Shown here: one piece after another, positions 19,201 through 29,846 of the stretch
How the letters are laid out: the number at the start of each line of letters is the position of its first letter
How positions within the stretch are numbered: the stretch's first letter is position 1
Origin: Thermoplasmata archaeon
GTDB lineage: Archaea; Thermoplasmatota; Thermoplasmata; Lutacidiplasmatales; UBA184
Assembly (NCBI GenBank): GCA_033854115.1
Contig: JAWOKS010000027.1
Span: 17,290 to 81,289, forward strand
Direction: 5' to 3'
Length of the DNA stretch: 64,000 nt
The notes under the pieces: model-generated
Told to the model about the DNA's origin: nothing
The model's input: only the letters and a program-made list of their open reading frames with translations
The model's database searches: none
Position numbers and translations under genes: made by a program

Positions 19201-19381
19201 TCCCGGCCGCCGGTGGCGTCGCGGGCGCCGAGGTCGTCCGTCGCGACCTCGGCGCCCGATCGGCGGAATCGATCCACGTCGGGACCCGACGGAAGGGCAG
19301 GGTCTCCCGGCCCCACCCCGCGGGGTCGGACCCACACGCCGGAGACTGATTCCCCGGTCCAGACTGGGCCGCGCCGACCTA

Positions 19382-21418
19382 TCAGGAGGGGGTCACGGTG
19401 ATCGTTCCGGACATCCCCTGCCCTTCCTGGATGGGGTAGGGCTCGCAGTTCGGGTTGCAGTACCAGGTGAACGTTCCGCTTTCCGAGAAGGTGACGTCGA
19501 AGACGACCACGGCCGGTTGGGACGCGGACGGGGCGGCGGGGAGGGGGGCGTTGATGACGGTCGATCCGACCACGATCGTGAACGTGTGGCTCACGTCCGT
19601 CGTCGGCAACGAGGTGACGTACTCGGGAGCGGCCCCAGGTTGGGCGATGATCTCCTCGGTGCCGTTCTGCGACCCTTGCACTAAGGCCGCCTCGGGGTCG
19701 ACCCCGGAAGCGTTCGTATCGTAGATGGAGAACGTGAACTCGACGGTGGTGTTCTCGGTCACCGTGAAGTTCCCCGGGCAAAACACCTCGGGCCCCCCGA
19801 GGCTCGCGGGCTCGACCGTGCTGTTGACGTACTCGACCGCCGGGGTACCCCCGCCCGACGGCGGGGCAGCGCCACTCCCGAACTGGCCGGATTCGTAGAC
19901 GGCCGCCACGCCGACGACCAGGAGGCTCGCCAACGCGATCGAGACGAGGGCCACCAGGGTGGTGCGCGCGGTGCGGCGGGGAGTCCGCGACGCCGAGGCC
20001 GCAGGGGCCGCGACGCGAGCCGTGAGGCCGGTCCACACCGTCGACAGCCACGAGGCGCCGAGCACGACGAGGCCGGCAGCCGCCACGTAGCCGCCCACGA
20101 CGGAGCCCTCGAGGGCGTAGGAGAGGACGCCCACGAAGGTGATCGTCGAGCCGGCGACCGTGGTCCAGCCGATCCGCGCCTGGACCTTCGGACCGAGAAG
20201 GCGTTCGGCCACCACGATCACGAGGACCGAGAGCATCGTGAGGTAGAACGCGATGAACAGACGCGCCCAGGCCTCGGGAGGGGTGCCGACGTCGGTGCTG
20301 CCGGTGGGCTCGGTGAAGGTGGTCAGGACGGCGAACATGACCAGCCCGAGGAGGGGCATCACGCGCAACGATGCCCCGGACGGAACGCGCCAACCCGGCA
20401 GTCGGCCGCTTCCGACCGCCAGCGCGCCGAGCAAGAGCACGCCCCCGAGGACGAGGAAGACGAAATCGACCGCATCGTTGAGGGCGAGGAAGCTCGGGAC
20501 GCCCGGGAGCGCCATGATCGAGGGCGGGAGATCGCCCGGCCACATCGTGAAGGCGGCGAGGACCGCCATGAGCATCTGCAGGAGGAGGTCGAGGGCGATC
20601 AGGGCGAACCCCACCTGGGCGAAGGTCTTGGCCCTCCCTGCGAGACCGTAGTAGCCGAAGCGGATTGCGACGAGCGCCATCACCCCCGCGGGAACGGCCG
20701 AGATCATGAGGTAGGAGTGGGACGCGATGAGGTTGCTCGCGAAGTCGTTGATCGAGCCTCCGAGCTCCTGCGTCGCGTACCAGCCGATCACCGTGGGATT
20801 GTTCCCGAAGCCAAGGATCGTCCCGGCCAGGTGACCGAGGAGCGCGGCGAAGAGCATGGTGATCCCGGTGAGGCCGACCGTGAGGAACGGGAACGTGCGG
20901 CTCCTCGGGGCGCCCGCCCTCCAGACCTCGAGCATCCCCCAGAGGAGGAGGACGAGGATCTCGTCGAGCGCGAGGAATGCCGCCACCTGGACCCAGAGCC
21001 CCACGCTCGTCCAGGGGGCCGACGTGTTGAACACCGCCCCGATGGGCGAGAGGACGCCGGCGAAGAGCGCCCCGCCGAGGATGCCGCGCCGGACGCGGAG
21101 GGAAGGGAGTTCGAGGAGGTCGCACGCGACGAGCGCGGCGAGACCGACGAGCCCCGTGTTGAGGCCGTGCAGGTACATCACGACCCAGTAGTAGTTCGAG
21201 AACCCCGCTCCGATGTTCCAGTTCGTGGTCCCCGGTCCGCCGACGAACGGGTTGTTCACGAAGATGCTACCCGCGAAGAAGACCGTGATCCAGAAGATGA
21301 GGAAGAGGGAGACCCGGCGCGGGGTGAGCCACGCGAGCCGGGGGAACAGCCTTCCTTCCTTCTCCTCGAAAAAGGCGGTGGAACCCGCCTGCGCCTTCGC
21401 TTCGCTGCCCTGCGCCAT
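19382..21418 (-). CDS. Polytopic membrane protein with C-terminal cupredoxin-like domain
   Basis: Many TM segments with YLHG, LGHL, SHS; C-terminal SHTFT...WYCNPNC...[11 protein letters not shown] at 21418; CTTAAATA on the minus strand near 21501-21508. Confidence 0.75.
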   Translation of the reverse strand: MAQGSEAKAQAGSTAFFEEKEGRLFPRLAWLTPRRVSLFLIFWITVFFAGSIFVNNPFVGGPGTTNWNIGAGFSNYYWVVMYLHGLNTGLVGLAALVACDLLELPSLRVRRGILGGALFAGVLSPIGAVFNTSAPWTSVGLWVQVAAFLALDEILVLLLWGMLEVWRAGAPRSRTFPFLTVGLTGITMLFAALLGHLAGTILGFGNNPTVIGWYATQELGGSINDFASNLIASHSYLMISAVPAGVMALVAIRFGYYGLAGRAKTFAQVGFALIALDLLLQMLMAVLAAFTMWPGDLPPSIMALPGVPSFLALNDAVDFVFLVLGGVLLLGALAVGSGRLPGWRVPSGASLRVMPLLGLVMFAVLTTFTEPTGSTDVGTPPEAWARLFIAFYLTMLSVLVIVVAERLLGPKVQARIGWTTVAGSTITFVGVLSYALEGSVVGGYVAAAGLVVLGASWLSTVWTGLTARVAAPAASASRTPRRTARTTLVALVSIALASLLVVGVAAVYESGQFGSGAAPPSGGGTPAVEYVNSTVEPASLGGPEVFCPGNFTVTENTTVEFTFSIYDTNASGVDPEAALVQGSQNGTEEIIAQPGAAPEYVTSLPTTDVSHTFTIVVGSTVINAPLPAAPSASQPAVVVFDVTFSESGTFTWYCNPNCEPYPIQEGQGMSGTITVTPS

Positions 21419-21735
21419 CCCCGGTGCCTCTTGAGAAGGCTGACCAAGGTGGGGACTTTTCTCCGTACTCTCCTGATTCTCCTGACCCCGGGCAGGGGGG
21501 TATTTAAGCGCAGGAAGGCACGTCCTTTCGGGCCCGCGCCGAGCTCGCATCAAGGGCCGGGGAGAGAACCCGGGTCGCTGCGCTGTGCCGACGAGGCCGC
21601 TATCCGGGTCGGCCCAAGGGCGGTCCCGACCTACGTCTCCACCGGTAGGGGGGCTCCGCCCGCAGCGGATCTCGCTCGTGCGACGGTCCTCCCCCGACGA
21701 TGCTTCACTCCCCTTAAGTGACGCCGAAGGACTCC

Positions 21736-22470
21736 ATGGAGGCCATCGCCATGCCTCCTGCAATCTCGGTCCCATCCCTGCTCGGGATCACCGTCCGGAG
21801 ATCGGCGACGATGGGGCGGTACTACCTCGCGTACGGGTCCGTCATGACCTGCCTGGTCGGTGCGTCCCTCGCGTTCGCCACGGGCTCGTCGTTCGTGACC
21901 GCCTTTCCCGTGCTCCTTCCCATCTTTGGCACGGTGGGTTCGATGGGGGCACTCACGGTCTTCACCAGCGACCGGATGAAGGGAACGCTCGAGTACTTCC
22001 TTGCCTACGGGATCTCTCCCCAGCGATTGTTCACGAACGTGATGGTGGCCAGCCTGGTCCTGGTCAGCGTCGTCGTCGGAATCGCCACCACCGCCAGCCT
22101 GGTGATCTACTTGGCTCGGGGGAACCCCCCGTCCGGGGCCTTGGCCCTCGGACTCGGTCTCTACGCGTTCCCGATGAGCTACGCCTCCGCAGCTCTGGCC
22201 ACGATGGTCGGCACGTACTGGTCGGCGCTCTCCTCGCCCCGAGGCGTGGTCAGCAGCCCGATCGGGCTCGCGCCGCTGTTCGGGATCGCGCCTTCGGTCG
22301 CGGTGCTGCTCATCATCGCGGCCGTCGGTGTGACGACGGCGAACCTCGCGACCTCGACCGTGGTCGAGATCGCCGTGTCGGGGATGGCGGTGACCGCGTT
22401 CGCGGCGATCGTGCTGCTCGCGTCCAGCGGACGGCTCCTTCGAAGGGAGCGTCTCCTGTCGTCCTCGTGA
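21736..22470 (+). CDS. ABC-2 type exporter permease
   Basis: About 6 TM, SDRMKGTLEYFLAYG motif, upstream of ABC ATPase; start 21718 or 21736. Confidence 0.75.
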   Translation: MEAIAMPPAISVPSLLGITVRRSATMGRYYLAYGSVMTCLVGASLAFATGSSFVTAFPVLLPIFGTVGSMGALTVFTSDRMKGTLEYFLAYGISPQRLFTNVMVASLVLVSVVVGIATTASLVIYLARGNPPSGALALGLGLYAFPMSYASAALATMVGTYWSALSSPRGVVSSPIGLAPLFGIAPSVAVLLIIAAVGVTTANLATSTVVEIAVSGMAVTAFAAIVLLASSGRLLRRERLLSSS

Positions 22471-22480
22471 GGGGGCGCTG

Positions 22481-23380
22481 ATGGGGATCGCGACACCGCT
22501 CACGCAAGGTCACGGCGAGGGGTCGGGCCCTCAGGAGCCCCGGATCGTCTGCCAGTCGTTGAGCTCCGGCTACTTGGGAACGGACGTCCTCCACGACATC
22601 TCGTTCACCGTCGAGAAGCCGGCGGTGTACGTCGTTCTCGGACCGAACGGGGCCGGCAAGACGACCCTCTTCCGGACGATCTCGGGGATCCTTCGCCCCA
22701 CTCACGGAGAGGTCCACCTCGGAGGTATCCGGGCCGACCGGGCGGGCGCGACCGGTCAGCTCCACTACCTGTCCCACCTCGACGGAATGCCGGAGGGCCT
22801 CACGGTCCGCGAGGCCCTCGAGATGTACGCCCGGGTCGAGCAGGCAGGTCCCGACGACATCGAGCGGGTGCTAGACCTCCTCGGGATCCGAGACCTGGCC
22901 GGCCAGTTCCTCTCGCAGCTGAGCGCCGGACAACGGAAACGGGCGTCGGTCGCGCGCCTCTTCCTCCGGGAGCGATCGATCTACCTCCTCGACGAGCCGA
23001 CGGCCAACCTTGACCCGAAGATGGCGCGGGAGATCCGCACCCTCATCCTCGGGCTCGCCCGGGACAAGATCGTTCTCTACTCCTCGCACAACCTGTTCGA
23101 GGCCCGAGAGATCGGCCGCTACGTCCTCCTTCTCCGGGGGGGTCGCCTCCAGCTCTTCAGCGCCATCGAGGATGTTCGGGGGGCACGGTTCGTGATCGGG
23201 GTACGCGTGCTCGAACGTTCCGAGGTCCTCACCGGTTGGCCGCGGGAGGGAGACTACTACACGCGCGAGCTCTCGGGACCCGAGGAGGTGCCGGCACTCC
23301 TGAGGGAGCTCGACGCTCAAGGGGTCAAGATCCGCGAGCTGCGGGAAATGAACAATCCCCTCGAGGACCTGTTCACGTGA
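22481..23380 (+). CDS. ABC transporter ATP-binding protein
   Basis: GPNGAGKT, LSAGQ, LLDEPT, SSH. Confidence 0.95.
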   Translation: MGIATPLTQGHGEGSGPQEPRIVCQSLSSGYLGTDVLHDISFTVEKPAVYVVLGPNGAGKTTLFRTISGILRPTHGEVHLGGIRADRAGATGQLHYLSHLDGMPEGLTVREALEMYARVEQAGPDDIERVLDLLGIRDLAGQFLSQLSAGQRKRASVARLFLRERSIYLLDEPTANLDPKMAREIRTLILGLARDKIVLYSSHNLFEAREIGRYVLLLRGGRLQLFSAIEDVRGARFVIGVRVLERSEVLTGWPREGDYYTRELSGPEEVPALLRELDAQGVKIRELREMNNPLEDLFT

Positions 23381-23564
23381 AGGAGGGTCCGGACGGGTTC
23401 GGGCCCCCCCCCGCCAGCGGCAGGATTCCAGCCGCAGCGCGAGGAGAGCGGTGCGGGGGCGGAATGAGAGACGTCGGCGCTCGTGGGAGCACCCCTCGAA
23501 GCGCCCCTAGGCGGGGGTTCTCGGCCCCTGGTACGTTTACCTAGGCGATGGGCTCGGTCCGTGC

Positions 23565-24320
23565 ATGTGCCATTCGGACGATTCGAGGGCCCCCGAACCT
23601 CCCCGACGAGTCCCGGTCGGCGAGCGACGCGAGGTGGAGCTCACCGCGTCGGATGGGAACCGCTTCCGCGCCTACTTCGCATCGGCCGCGGGCAGGGTGT
23701 CGGCGGGAGTGGTGATCCTTCCGGACGTCCGGGGGCTGCACCCCTACTACGAGGACCTCGCCGTCCGGTTCGCGGAGGCCGGCTGTCGCGCGGTCGCGAT
23801 CGACTACTTTGGTCGCACCGCGGGGACGGCACGACGGGATGACACGTTCGACTGGAAGGCGCACGTCGAGAAGACCACGGCGGAAGGTATCGCTCGGGAC
23901 GTCCGCGCCGCGGTGGACCGGCTCGAGGGCCCCCGGAACGGGTCGAGGCTCCCGATCTTCACCGTGGGATTCTGCTTCGGCGGGTCCAACTCGTGGCGCC
24001 AGTCGGCGGAAGGCCATGGTCTTGCCGGGTGCGTCGGTTTCTACGGCGGACGACCGATGGAGCGCGTCGGCCCTTGGATCCCGAAGATGAAGTCGCCGCT
24101 TCTGATGTTGCTCGCCGGGAGCGATCGCGGCACGCCCGCCACCGAGTTCGAGGAGTTCGCCGGTAGAGTACGCGGAGCCGGGGTCGAGGTCGAGTCCCAC
24201 ACGTACCCGGGGGCGCCCCACAGCTTCTTCGACCGGTCGTTCGCGGACCACCGGGAGGCGTGCGCGGATGCGTGGGAGAGGGTCCTCGGCTTCATGGAGC
24301 GTCATTCCGCGAGGACCTGA
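23565..24320 (+). CDS. Dienelactone hydrolase family protein
   Basis: PDVRGLH, GFCFGG nucleophile elbow, YPGAPHSF. Confidence 0.9.
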   Translation: MCHSDDSRAPEPPRRVPVGERREVELTASDGNRFRAYFASAAGRVSAGVVILPDVRGLHPYYEDLAVRFAEAGCRAVAIDYFGRTAGTARRDDTFDWKAHVEKTTAEGIARDVRAAVDRLEGPRNGSRLPIFTVGFCFGGSNSWRQSAEGHGLAGCVGFYGGRPMERVGPWIPKMKSPLLMLLAGSDRGTPATEFEEFAGRVRGAGVEVESHTYPGAPHSFFDRSFADHREACADAWERVLGFMERHSART

Positions 24321-24561
24321 ACCGCGCCTCTCGTGTCACGGCGCGGCGGCGGATCCTCCCACATCCCCGCGAACGCCTTTGGCCGCCCCAGACGCCGGGA
24401 CGGTGCCCGAGGCTAGATGCTACGGCCCTCGACAGGGCGGCACGTGTTCCCCTCGAACGCCCGGGCATCTCGTCTTCCGCGACCGACCCACGGGCGAAGG
24501 CATCCTCGTCCGGTGGTCGGTAGGTCCCTCTTGGAACCGCCCCTCGAAGGAGGCAGCGGCC

Positions 24562-25113
24562 TCAGGCGTCGCTCGGCCCCGGCATCCATCCGGTCTCGAG
24601 GACCCAGTCGTGGGCTTCCTGCAGCAGCTTCCAGACGACCGGCGCCTTGGCGCGGACGTAGGCGTCGCGGTCGTGGCGGAACCACTCGGCCAGCGCGTGC
24701 TTCTCCCGAGCGTACTCCCGGGCGACCGGTGGATGGCTCCGAAGGTAGTCCCTCAGGAGCAGGTTCAGCTGCTCGTCGAACGACCCAGCGCGACGCACGT
24801 GGATATGGGTTCGGCGAGTCCCGGGGGGTTCCCGGAAGAACCGCTTGGAACGGTCCGTGTTCTCGACCTGAAGGACGTACCCGAGGCTCTCCAACGCCTC
24901 TCGGTAGGGACGGTCCGGTTCGAGAGAGGCGACCGAGACCTGGAGGTCGAGGACCGGCTTCGCGTCGAGCCCGGGCACGGAGGTCGACCCGATGTGGTCG
25001 ATCCGAAAGGCCCTCGACCCGAGCGCCGACCGAAGGCGGACCGCGATCTCCCGGAATTCGTCGGGCCAGCGTCGGTCGCTGGCGACGACGACCACGGATT
25101 CCTCGGGTTCCAT
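24562..25113 (-). CDS. GrpB family protein
   Basis: IDHIGSTSVPGLDAKPVLD, HIHV, RDYLR, YAREK. Confidence 0.9.
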   Translation of the reverse strand: MEPEESVVVVASDRRWPDEFREIAVRLRSALGSRAFRIDHIGSTSVPGLDAKPVLDLQVSVASLEPDRPYREALESLGYVLQVENTDRSKRFFREPPGTRRTHIHVRRAGSFDEQLNLLLRDYLRSHPPVAREYAREKHALAEWFRHDRDAYVRAKAPVVWKLLQEAHDWVLETGWMPGPSDA

Positions 25114-25374
25114 CGAAGCCCAGGGAGCGCCGACCCGTTTACCTGTTCGCCCCGGGTTTCGCGCGAGCGAACACCGATCTTCCCGCCGCGGGCGGGACCC
25201 TTTCCGGGCCCGTGGAAGGCTGGGCGAACGCGGTTCGTTTCGGGAAGGGAAGTCCCCGTGCTGCCCGTCAGAGGGGAGACAGGGTCCCCCGGGGCAGCCG
25301 GATCCAGGGCCGCCCTCCGCACCCGGTCGCGAAGGGACCCCGAGGACCCGGCTGGAGCGCGGGCGCGCTCAGGC

Positions 25375-26883
25375 TCAGATCGATCGTAGGGCGGCCAGGT
25401 CCGCTCGGAGGGCCGAGAGCCATCCGCTCGCGAGGCTCGAGCCCGGGAGCGCGCCGCCGACCGGGGTCAGCGCCACCGCCGGGGCGGCGACAGACCGGGA
25501 CTTGAAGCTGATGTGCGTCGCGAGGGCCGTGCCGGTCACCTTGAAGTGCTTCATCGGGAAGCCGCCCGTTCCCTTCCAGCCGGTCAGCGGCAGCAGCTTG
25601 TAGTGGTACTTGCCGGTCGGGAGACTGAAGGTGACGAGCCCCCGGGCCGCGTGGGACGTGCGGACGTGCTGAGGGTGGCCGAGGAGAAGGTGGCCCGTCT
25701 TTCCCACGATCTTGAGACCCCAATCCGTCCCGCTCGGGAGGCCCGATTCGTTGAACGTTACGTTGTACGTCGGGAGCGCCGTGAAGGTCACGTTGATCGT
25801 GAGCGCGCTGCCGGTGACGTTGAACGATCCGACGAGGACGCTCGCCACGTAGCCGTCCACTTCCTCGACGTGGAAGCGGTAGGACCCGTTCATCAGCATG
25901 AACGCCATCGAACTCGTGGACGAGGTCTGAGCCCCCGCCACGTCGCTCGCGTCGTCCTCGGCGCCCCCGAGGTCACCCTGATCCCCGAGGTGGCTCGTGC
26001 CGTGGACGGAGACCGTCCAGTTCGTGCCGTTGGCGAGCCCGGTCTCGATGAACGTCACGGCGAACGTGGGGGCAACCCCGAAGGCGACCGCGATGGGAGG
26101 GGGCGAGGCCCCGGAGACGTTGAACGAGCCGTTCGCGGGTCCGATGATCGAGTAGTTCGTGACGTTGTCGACCGTGTAGTTGTAGCTCCCGTTCGGCAGA
26201 TAGAAGGTGAGCGTGGAGGTGTTCGAGCTGTTGAAACCGGGGGCGCCTCCGTCCCCACCGTCCCCGCTGTCCTGGGAGGATCCTCCGAGGCTGGAGTTGG
26301 TCTGGTTGGTGAGGTTCGTCCCGTTGGTCTGGTTCGTCTCGTTGCCTCCCTGCTGGTTGCCCTGACCGTTGTCGCCCTGGTTGTTCCCCCCGAACTCTCC
26401 GAGCGTGATGCTCCAGTTCGTGCCGGGGGCGAGGCCGGTCTCCGTGAACGTGACCGCGTAGAGAGTAGGTGCCCCGAAGTGGACCGTGAGGGGCGCGGGG
26501 GAGGCCCCGGCGACCGAGAAGCTCCCGGAGTCGGGCGTCGCTCCGGTGTCGTTGACCTCGGGGACCTGGAAGAAGTAGCTGCCGTTGGCGAGAGAGAACG
26601 TGATCGTGGGGGACGTCGACGACTGGAGGAGCGCACCGTCATCGTCCTCGCACTGGGGGGTGATGCAGACCTGGACGCTCCAGTTCGTGCCGGCGGCGAG
26701 GCCCGTTTCGGTGAAGGTGACCGTGTAGTTGCTTCCCGAGACCATGGGGCTCGGACCCGACGTAGGAGCCGCTCGAGGGGCGCCCTGAAGCCCCGCGGAG
26801 ACCCCTGCTCCGACCAGAATCAACGATGCTACAAGTACGCCGCTACCCAGAATCGCCCAGAGGGCCGCCCGAGCTACCGCCAT
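25375..26883 (-). CDS. Secreted/surface protein with four thermopsin-type (Y/F)xVTFxE(T/S)GL Ig-like repeats
   Basis: Signal-like N-terminus; YTVTFTETGL, YAVTFTETGL, FAVTFIETGL, YNVTFNESGL; many N-x-S/T sequons. Confidence 0.8.
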   Translation of the reverse strand: MAVARAALWAILGSGVLVASLILVGAGVSAGLQGAPRAAPTSGPSPMVSGSNYTVTFTETGLAAGTNWSVQVCITPQCEDDDGALLQSSTSPTITFSLANGSYFFQVPEVNDTGATPDSGSFSVAGASPAPLTVHFGAPTLYAVTFTETGLAPGTNWSITLGEFGGNNQGDNGQGNQQGGNETNQTNGTNLTNQTNSSLGGSSQDSGDGGDGGAPGFNSSNTSTLTFYLPNGSYNYTVDNVTNYSIIGPANGSFNVSGASPPPIAVAFGVAPTFAVTFIETGLANGTNWTVSVHGTSHLGDQGDLGGAEDDASDVAGAQTSSTSSMAFMLMNGSYRFHVEEVDGYVASVLVGSFNVTGSALTINVTFTALPTYNVTFNESGLPSGTDWGLKIVGKTGHLLLGHPQHVRTSHAARGLVTFSLPTGKYHYKLLPLTGWKGTGGFPMKHFKVTGTALATHISFKSRSVAAPAVALTPVGGALPGSSLASGWLSALRADLAALRSI

Positions 26884-27235
26884 GCCCGCCTCAGGACGGG
26901 GCGAGGAGGGTCCCCCCATAAAGGCCGCTTGGTGCAAATCCCGAATCTTCTGGTGCACGAGCCAGTGTCGCATCGGTCGACCCCGGCGAGAGGGGTATCC
27001 GGGAAGCCCTACCGTTCGTGCCCGGCTCGAGACCGTTCGAGGAGGAGGTGGCGTCCGCAGACCGGCGCTCGTCCCCGGCCGCCGAGAGTCCCCGGGAGAG
27101 GCGCTGCTCGGAAAGCCGAGGGACACCTCGGGTCACCGTTGATAACCGTTCGAAGGGAGGGTCAAGCTCGATTCACCCCGACCAAACCCTAATACGTCCG
27201 CACGGCCCCCGCCTCCCCGACAGGGGGGCCAGGTC

Positions 27236-27658
27236 ATGAGCATCGTCCAGGACTTCAAGAAGTTCCTCGTGCGGGGAGACCTCGTCTCGATGGCCGTGGC
27301 GTTCGTCGTCGGCTTGGCGATCGTCGCACTCATCACGGCCCTCGTGAACGACATCATCAACCCTCTCATCGGAGCCGCCGGTCACGTGGACTTCGCCAGC
27401 CTCGGGGTCCTGACGATCAACAACAGCCCGGTGCTCGGCGGGGCGTTCCTTGGCGCCATCATCAATTTCATCATCCTGATGGCCGTCGTGTTCTTCGCCA
27501 TCGCCTATCCGTATCAGAAGGCGATGGAGCGGCAGGCCGCCCGCGAGGGTCCGAAAGCCGCAACGAAGCGCGACTGCCCGTACTGCTTCAACTCGATCCC
27601 GGTGAAGGCAACGCGGTGCGGGTTCTGCACGGCGACGGTCACCCCGGCGAGCTCCTGA
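27236..27658 (+). CDS. mscL: Large-conductance mechanosensitive channel with C-terminal Cys4 motif
   Basis: DFKKFLVRGDLVSMAVAFVVG, LVNDIINP, INFII; CPYC...CGFC. Confidence 0.9.
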   Translation: MSIVQDFKKFLVRGDLVSMAVAFVVGLAIVALITALVNDIINPLIGAAGHVDFASLGVLTINNSPVLGGAFLGAIINFIILMAVVFFAIAYPYQKAMERQAAREGPKAATKRDCPYCFNSIPVKATRCGFCTATVTPASS

Positions 27659-28026
27659 ACCGGCCACGACCGGGACCCGCCGGCAAGGGAACGACGGAAC
27701 ACCGCCCTCCGCCGGAACCGCCCGCGTCCTCACGGACCGCACCCCGGGGTCGCCGGACGCGGCTGAGCGGGAGGCCGGAAGGATTCGGATCGGGGGGGTC
27801 CGTCCGCGGGACGCGCTCGAGGGACCCTCGACACGGGACGGCCTCGGAACGCCGTCTTCCCGAGCTTCGTCCCTCTGGACCCCTTCGGACCCTAAAGCGG
27901 AAGGGAGAGGGAGGAAGGGGTTGACCCCGACCCTGCCCTCTTCTCAGGGGGCCGGGCGGAGACCTTGACGTTGCCCGCTCCGGAACGGGGTCGCTGGTGA
28001 GCCCCCGGGCCGGAATGGCCAGCGGT

Positions 28027-29331
28027 CTACAGCGCGGTAACGACGCTCGACTCCACCGGGGAGCCGACGCCCGTGCAGGCGTCGTACCCGGAGCTCGCGT
28101 AGTAGTGGCCGTTGTTCCCGCTCGTGATGTCGTGCACGTCCGAGGTCCCCAGCATGCCGTAGAGCAGACCGTGGACGGACCCACCGTTCAGGTTGGACGC
28201 TCCGGCCGACAGCGCGTCGGCGAAGATCGCCGCCCACTGCGGCGCGGCCGCGCTTGTCCCCCCGACCTGCACCCAGCCGCTGTAGCCGGAGGTGTCGTAG
28301 ACCCAGAATCCCGTGTAGGGGCTCGCGTCGTAGGCGATGTCCGGGACGGCCCGGCCCGTCGGGGTCGACGATCCCGTGGAGGTGGTGACCGAGATGCCGT
28401 GGGAGCTCTGGTAGCTCGGCTCGGCGAAGCAGGTGCTGACCCCACCGCCGGTCGCGCCGGAGGCGTCGTTCCAGACGGTCTCGCTGCTCCAGGCGTACGA
28501 GGCCGTGGTCTTGAGGTTCGTTCCGCCGGCGCCGACCACGCTCGGATCCGCGCTCGGGTAGTCGACCGTGGGGGCCGAGGTCCCGTCATTGGCCCCACTG
28601 TCGCCCGAGGCGGCGACGGGGATCGCGCCCGCGCTCGCCGCGTTCGCGAAGTAGGTCGACTCGGAAGCCTCGGTCGCGCACCCGAGGCTGCTCTCCGCCG
28701 CCCCCCAGCTCATCGAGATGACCTTCGCGCCGTGCTGCACGGCGTAGGGCACGGCGTCGTTCACGAGGTAGGTGAGCGAGCTCGACGGGGTGACGATCAG
28801 GAGGATCGACGCCGCCGGGGCCATCGCGTGCGCCCACTCGACGTCGAGGGATGTCTCGAGGCCCCAGCCCGAGTTCTTGCCGTGGGTCCCGCCGAACGGC
28901 TGGACCACCTGGAGGTTCGGTGCCGGCAGTCCGAAGACCTGGTCGAAGCAGCTGAGATCGCTCGAGAGCGAGGGGCTGCCGTACGCGTCGATGATCGCGA
29001 TGGTCTCTCCGGCGCCCGCGGCGGACGAATAGGAGTAGGCGGACCGGATCTCGCTCGGAGTGTAGGCGACGCCGTTGGGCGCTGGGAGCGAGGTCTTGCA
29101 GGACGTAGAACCGGTTGCATGAGGGCTCGCAAGTGGACCGGGGTTCACCACGCTGACGAAGGGCACGGCCGACGGGAGGAGGGCCGGTCCGGTCGCGGGA
29201 TGCGCGGAGGCGGCCGGTGCGACGCCAGGGAGCGCCGCGAAGCCGAACGCTGCTACCGCCAAAGCGACCAACCAGGCCGCCGAAGAGGTTCGTCGATTGT
29301 TGGCACCGTTCTTGGGCGCCCTGGGAACCAT
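28027..29331 (-). CDS. S53 (sedolisin/kumamolisin-like) serine-carboxyl peptidase, secreted
   Basis: ETSLDVE, SMSWG, SGDSG, GGTSAAAP, YDACTGVGSP; signal peptide. Confidence 0.9.
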   Translation of the reverse strand: MVPRAPKNGANNRRTSSAAWLVALAVAAFGFAALPGVAPAASAHPATGPALLPSAVPFVSVVNPGPLASPHATGSTSCKTSLPAPNGVAYTPSEIRSAYSYSSAAGAGETIAIIDAYGSPSLSSDLSCFDQVFGLPAPNLQVVQPFGGTHGKNSGWGLETSLDVEWAHAMAPAASILLIVTPSSSLTYLVNDAVPYAVQHGAKVISMSWGAAESSLGCATEASESTYFANAASAGAIPVAASGDSGANDGTSAPTVDYPSADPSVVGAGGTNLKTTASYAWSSETVWNDASGATGGGVSTCFAEPSYQSSHGISVTTSTGSSTPTGRAVPDIAYDASPYTGFWVYDTSGYSGWVQVGGTSAAAPQWAAIFADALSAGASNLNGGSVHGLLYGMLGTSDVHDITSGNNGHYYASSGYDACTGVGSPVESSVVTAL

Positions 29332-29846
29332 GCGCGCGCCATGCTACAGCTTGGCTATGAACCTACCGAACATGTTCGGTGCGGACGGGCCGTCGTTACC
29401 CTGGGTCGGTCGCCGGCGGGCCCCGTCGACATCGCGGCCCTTTCTCCCGGTCGCCTCTCGAAGGCGAACCCCAAGCCTACCGTGCGGGCGATCGTCGAGG
29501 GTCGGGGGGCCTCGGACCCCGAGATGGTGCCGGCGTGCGTCGGCGACGCCGCGGGCCCGGTACGGGACGGTCAGTGCCCTAGGGGGACCGTTCTTCACCT
29601 CACCGAGCCGGCCGGCCCTCCGCGCCGCGGAGACAACGAGTTCGCGGGGTCGGGTGCGGTCTATCCTAGCCCTCGTCGGGAACCGCCCGACTCCGGAAGT
29701 CCCCGAGATTCCCCCTGGGTCGCAAGCGCTATATTCGACCCATGATGCGCGTTAGCACACCGCACTCCGTGCGGGTGCAGCGAGGACTCCGCGGAAGTCA
29801 CGGAGGCTCCTCCAAGTGTGCCCTCTCGGGGTCGGGCGAGGACGAA

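Noticed and set aside
6259..25000. Intact integrative element with attR copy of tRNA-Gln
   Set aside because: No integrase or transposase, and no second copy of GGTTCGAATCCGCTCGGGGCT found by eye
26890..27230. Structured ncRNA (RNase P or SRP) in GC-rich intergenic DNA; also considered for 10030-10400
   Set aside because: No conserved RNase P or SRP signature found; hairpins are expected by chance at this GC
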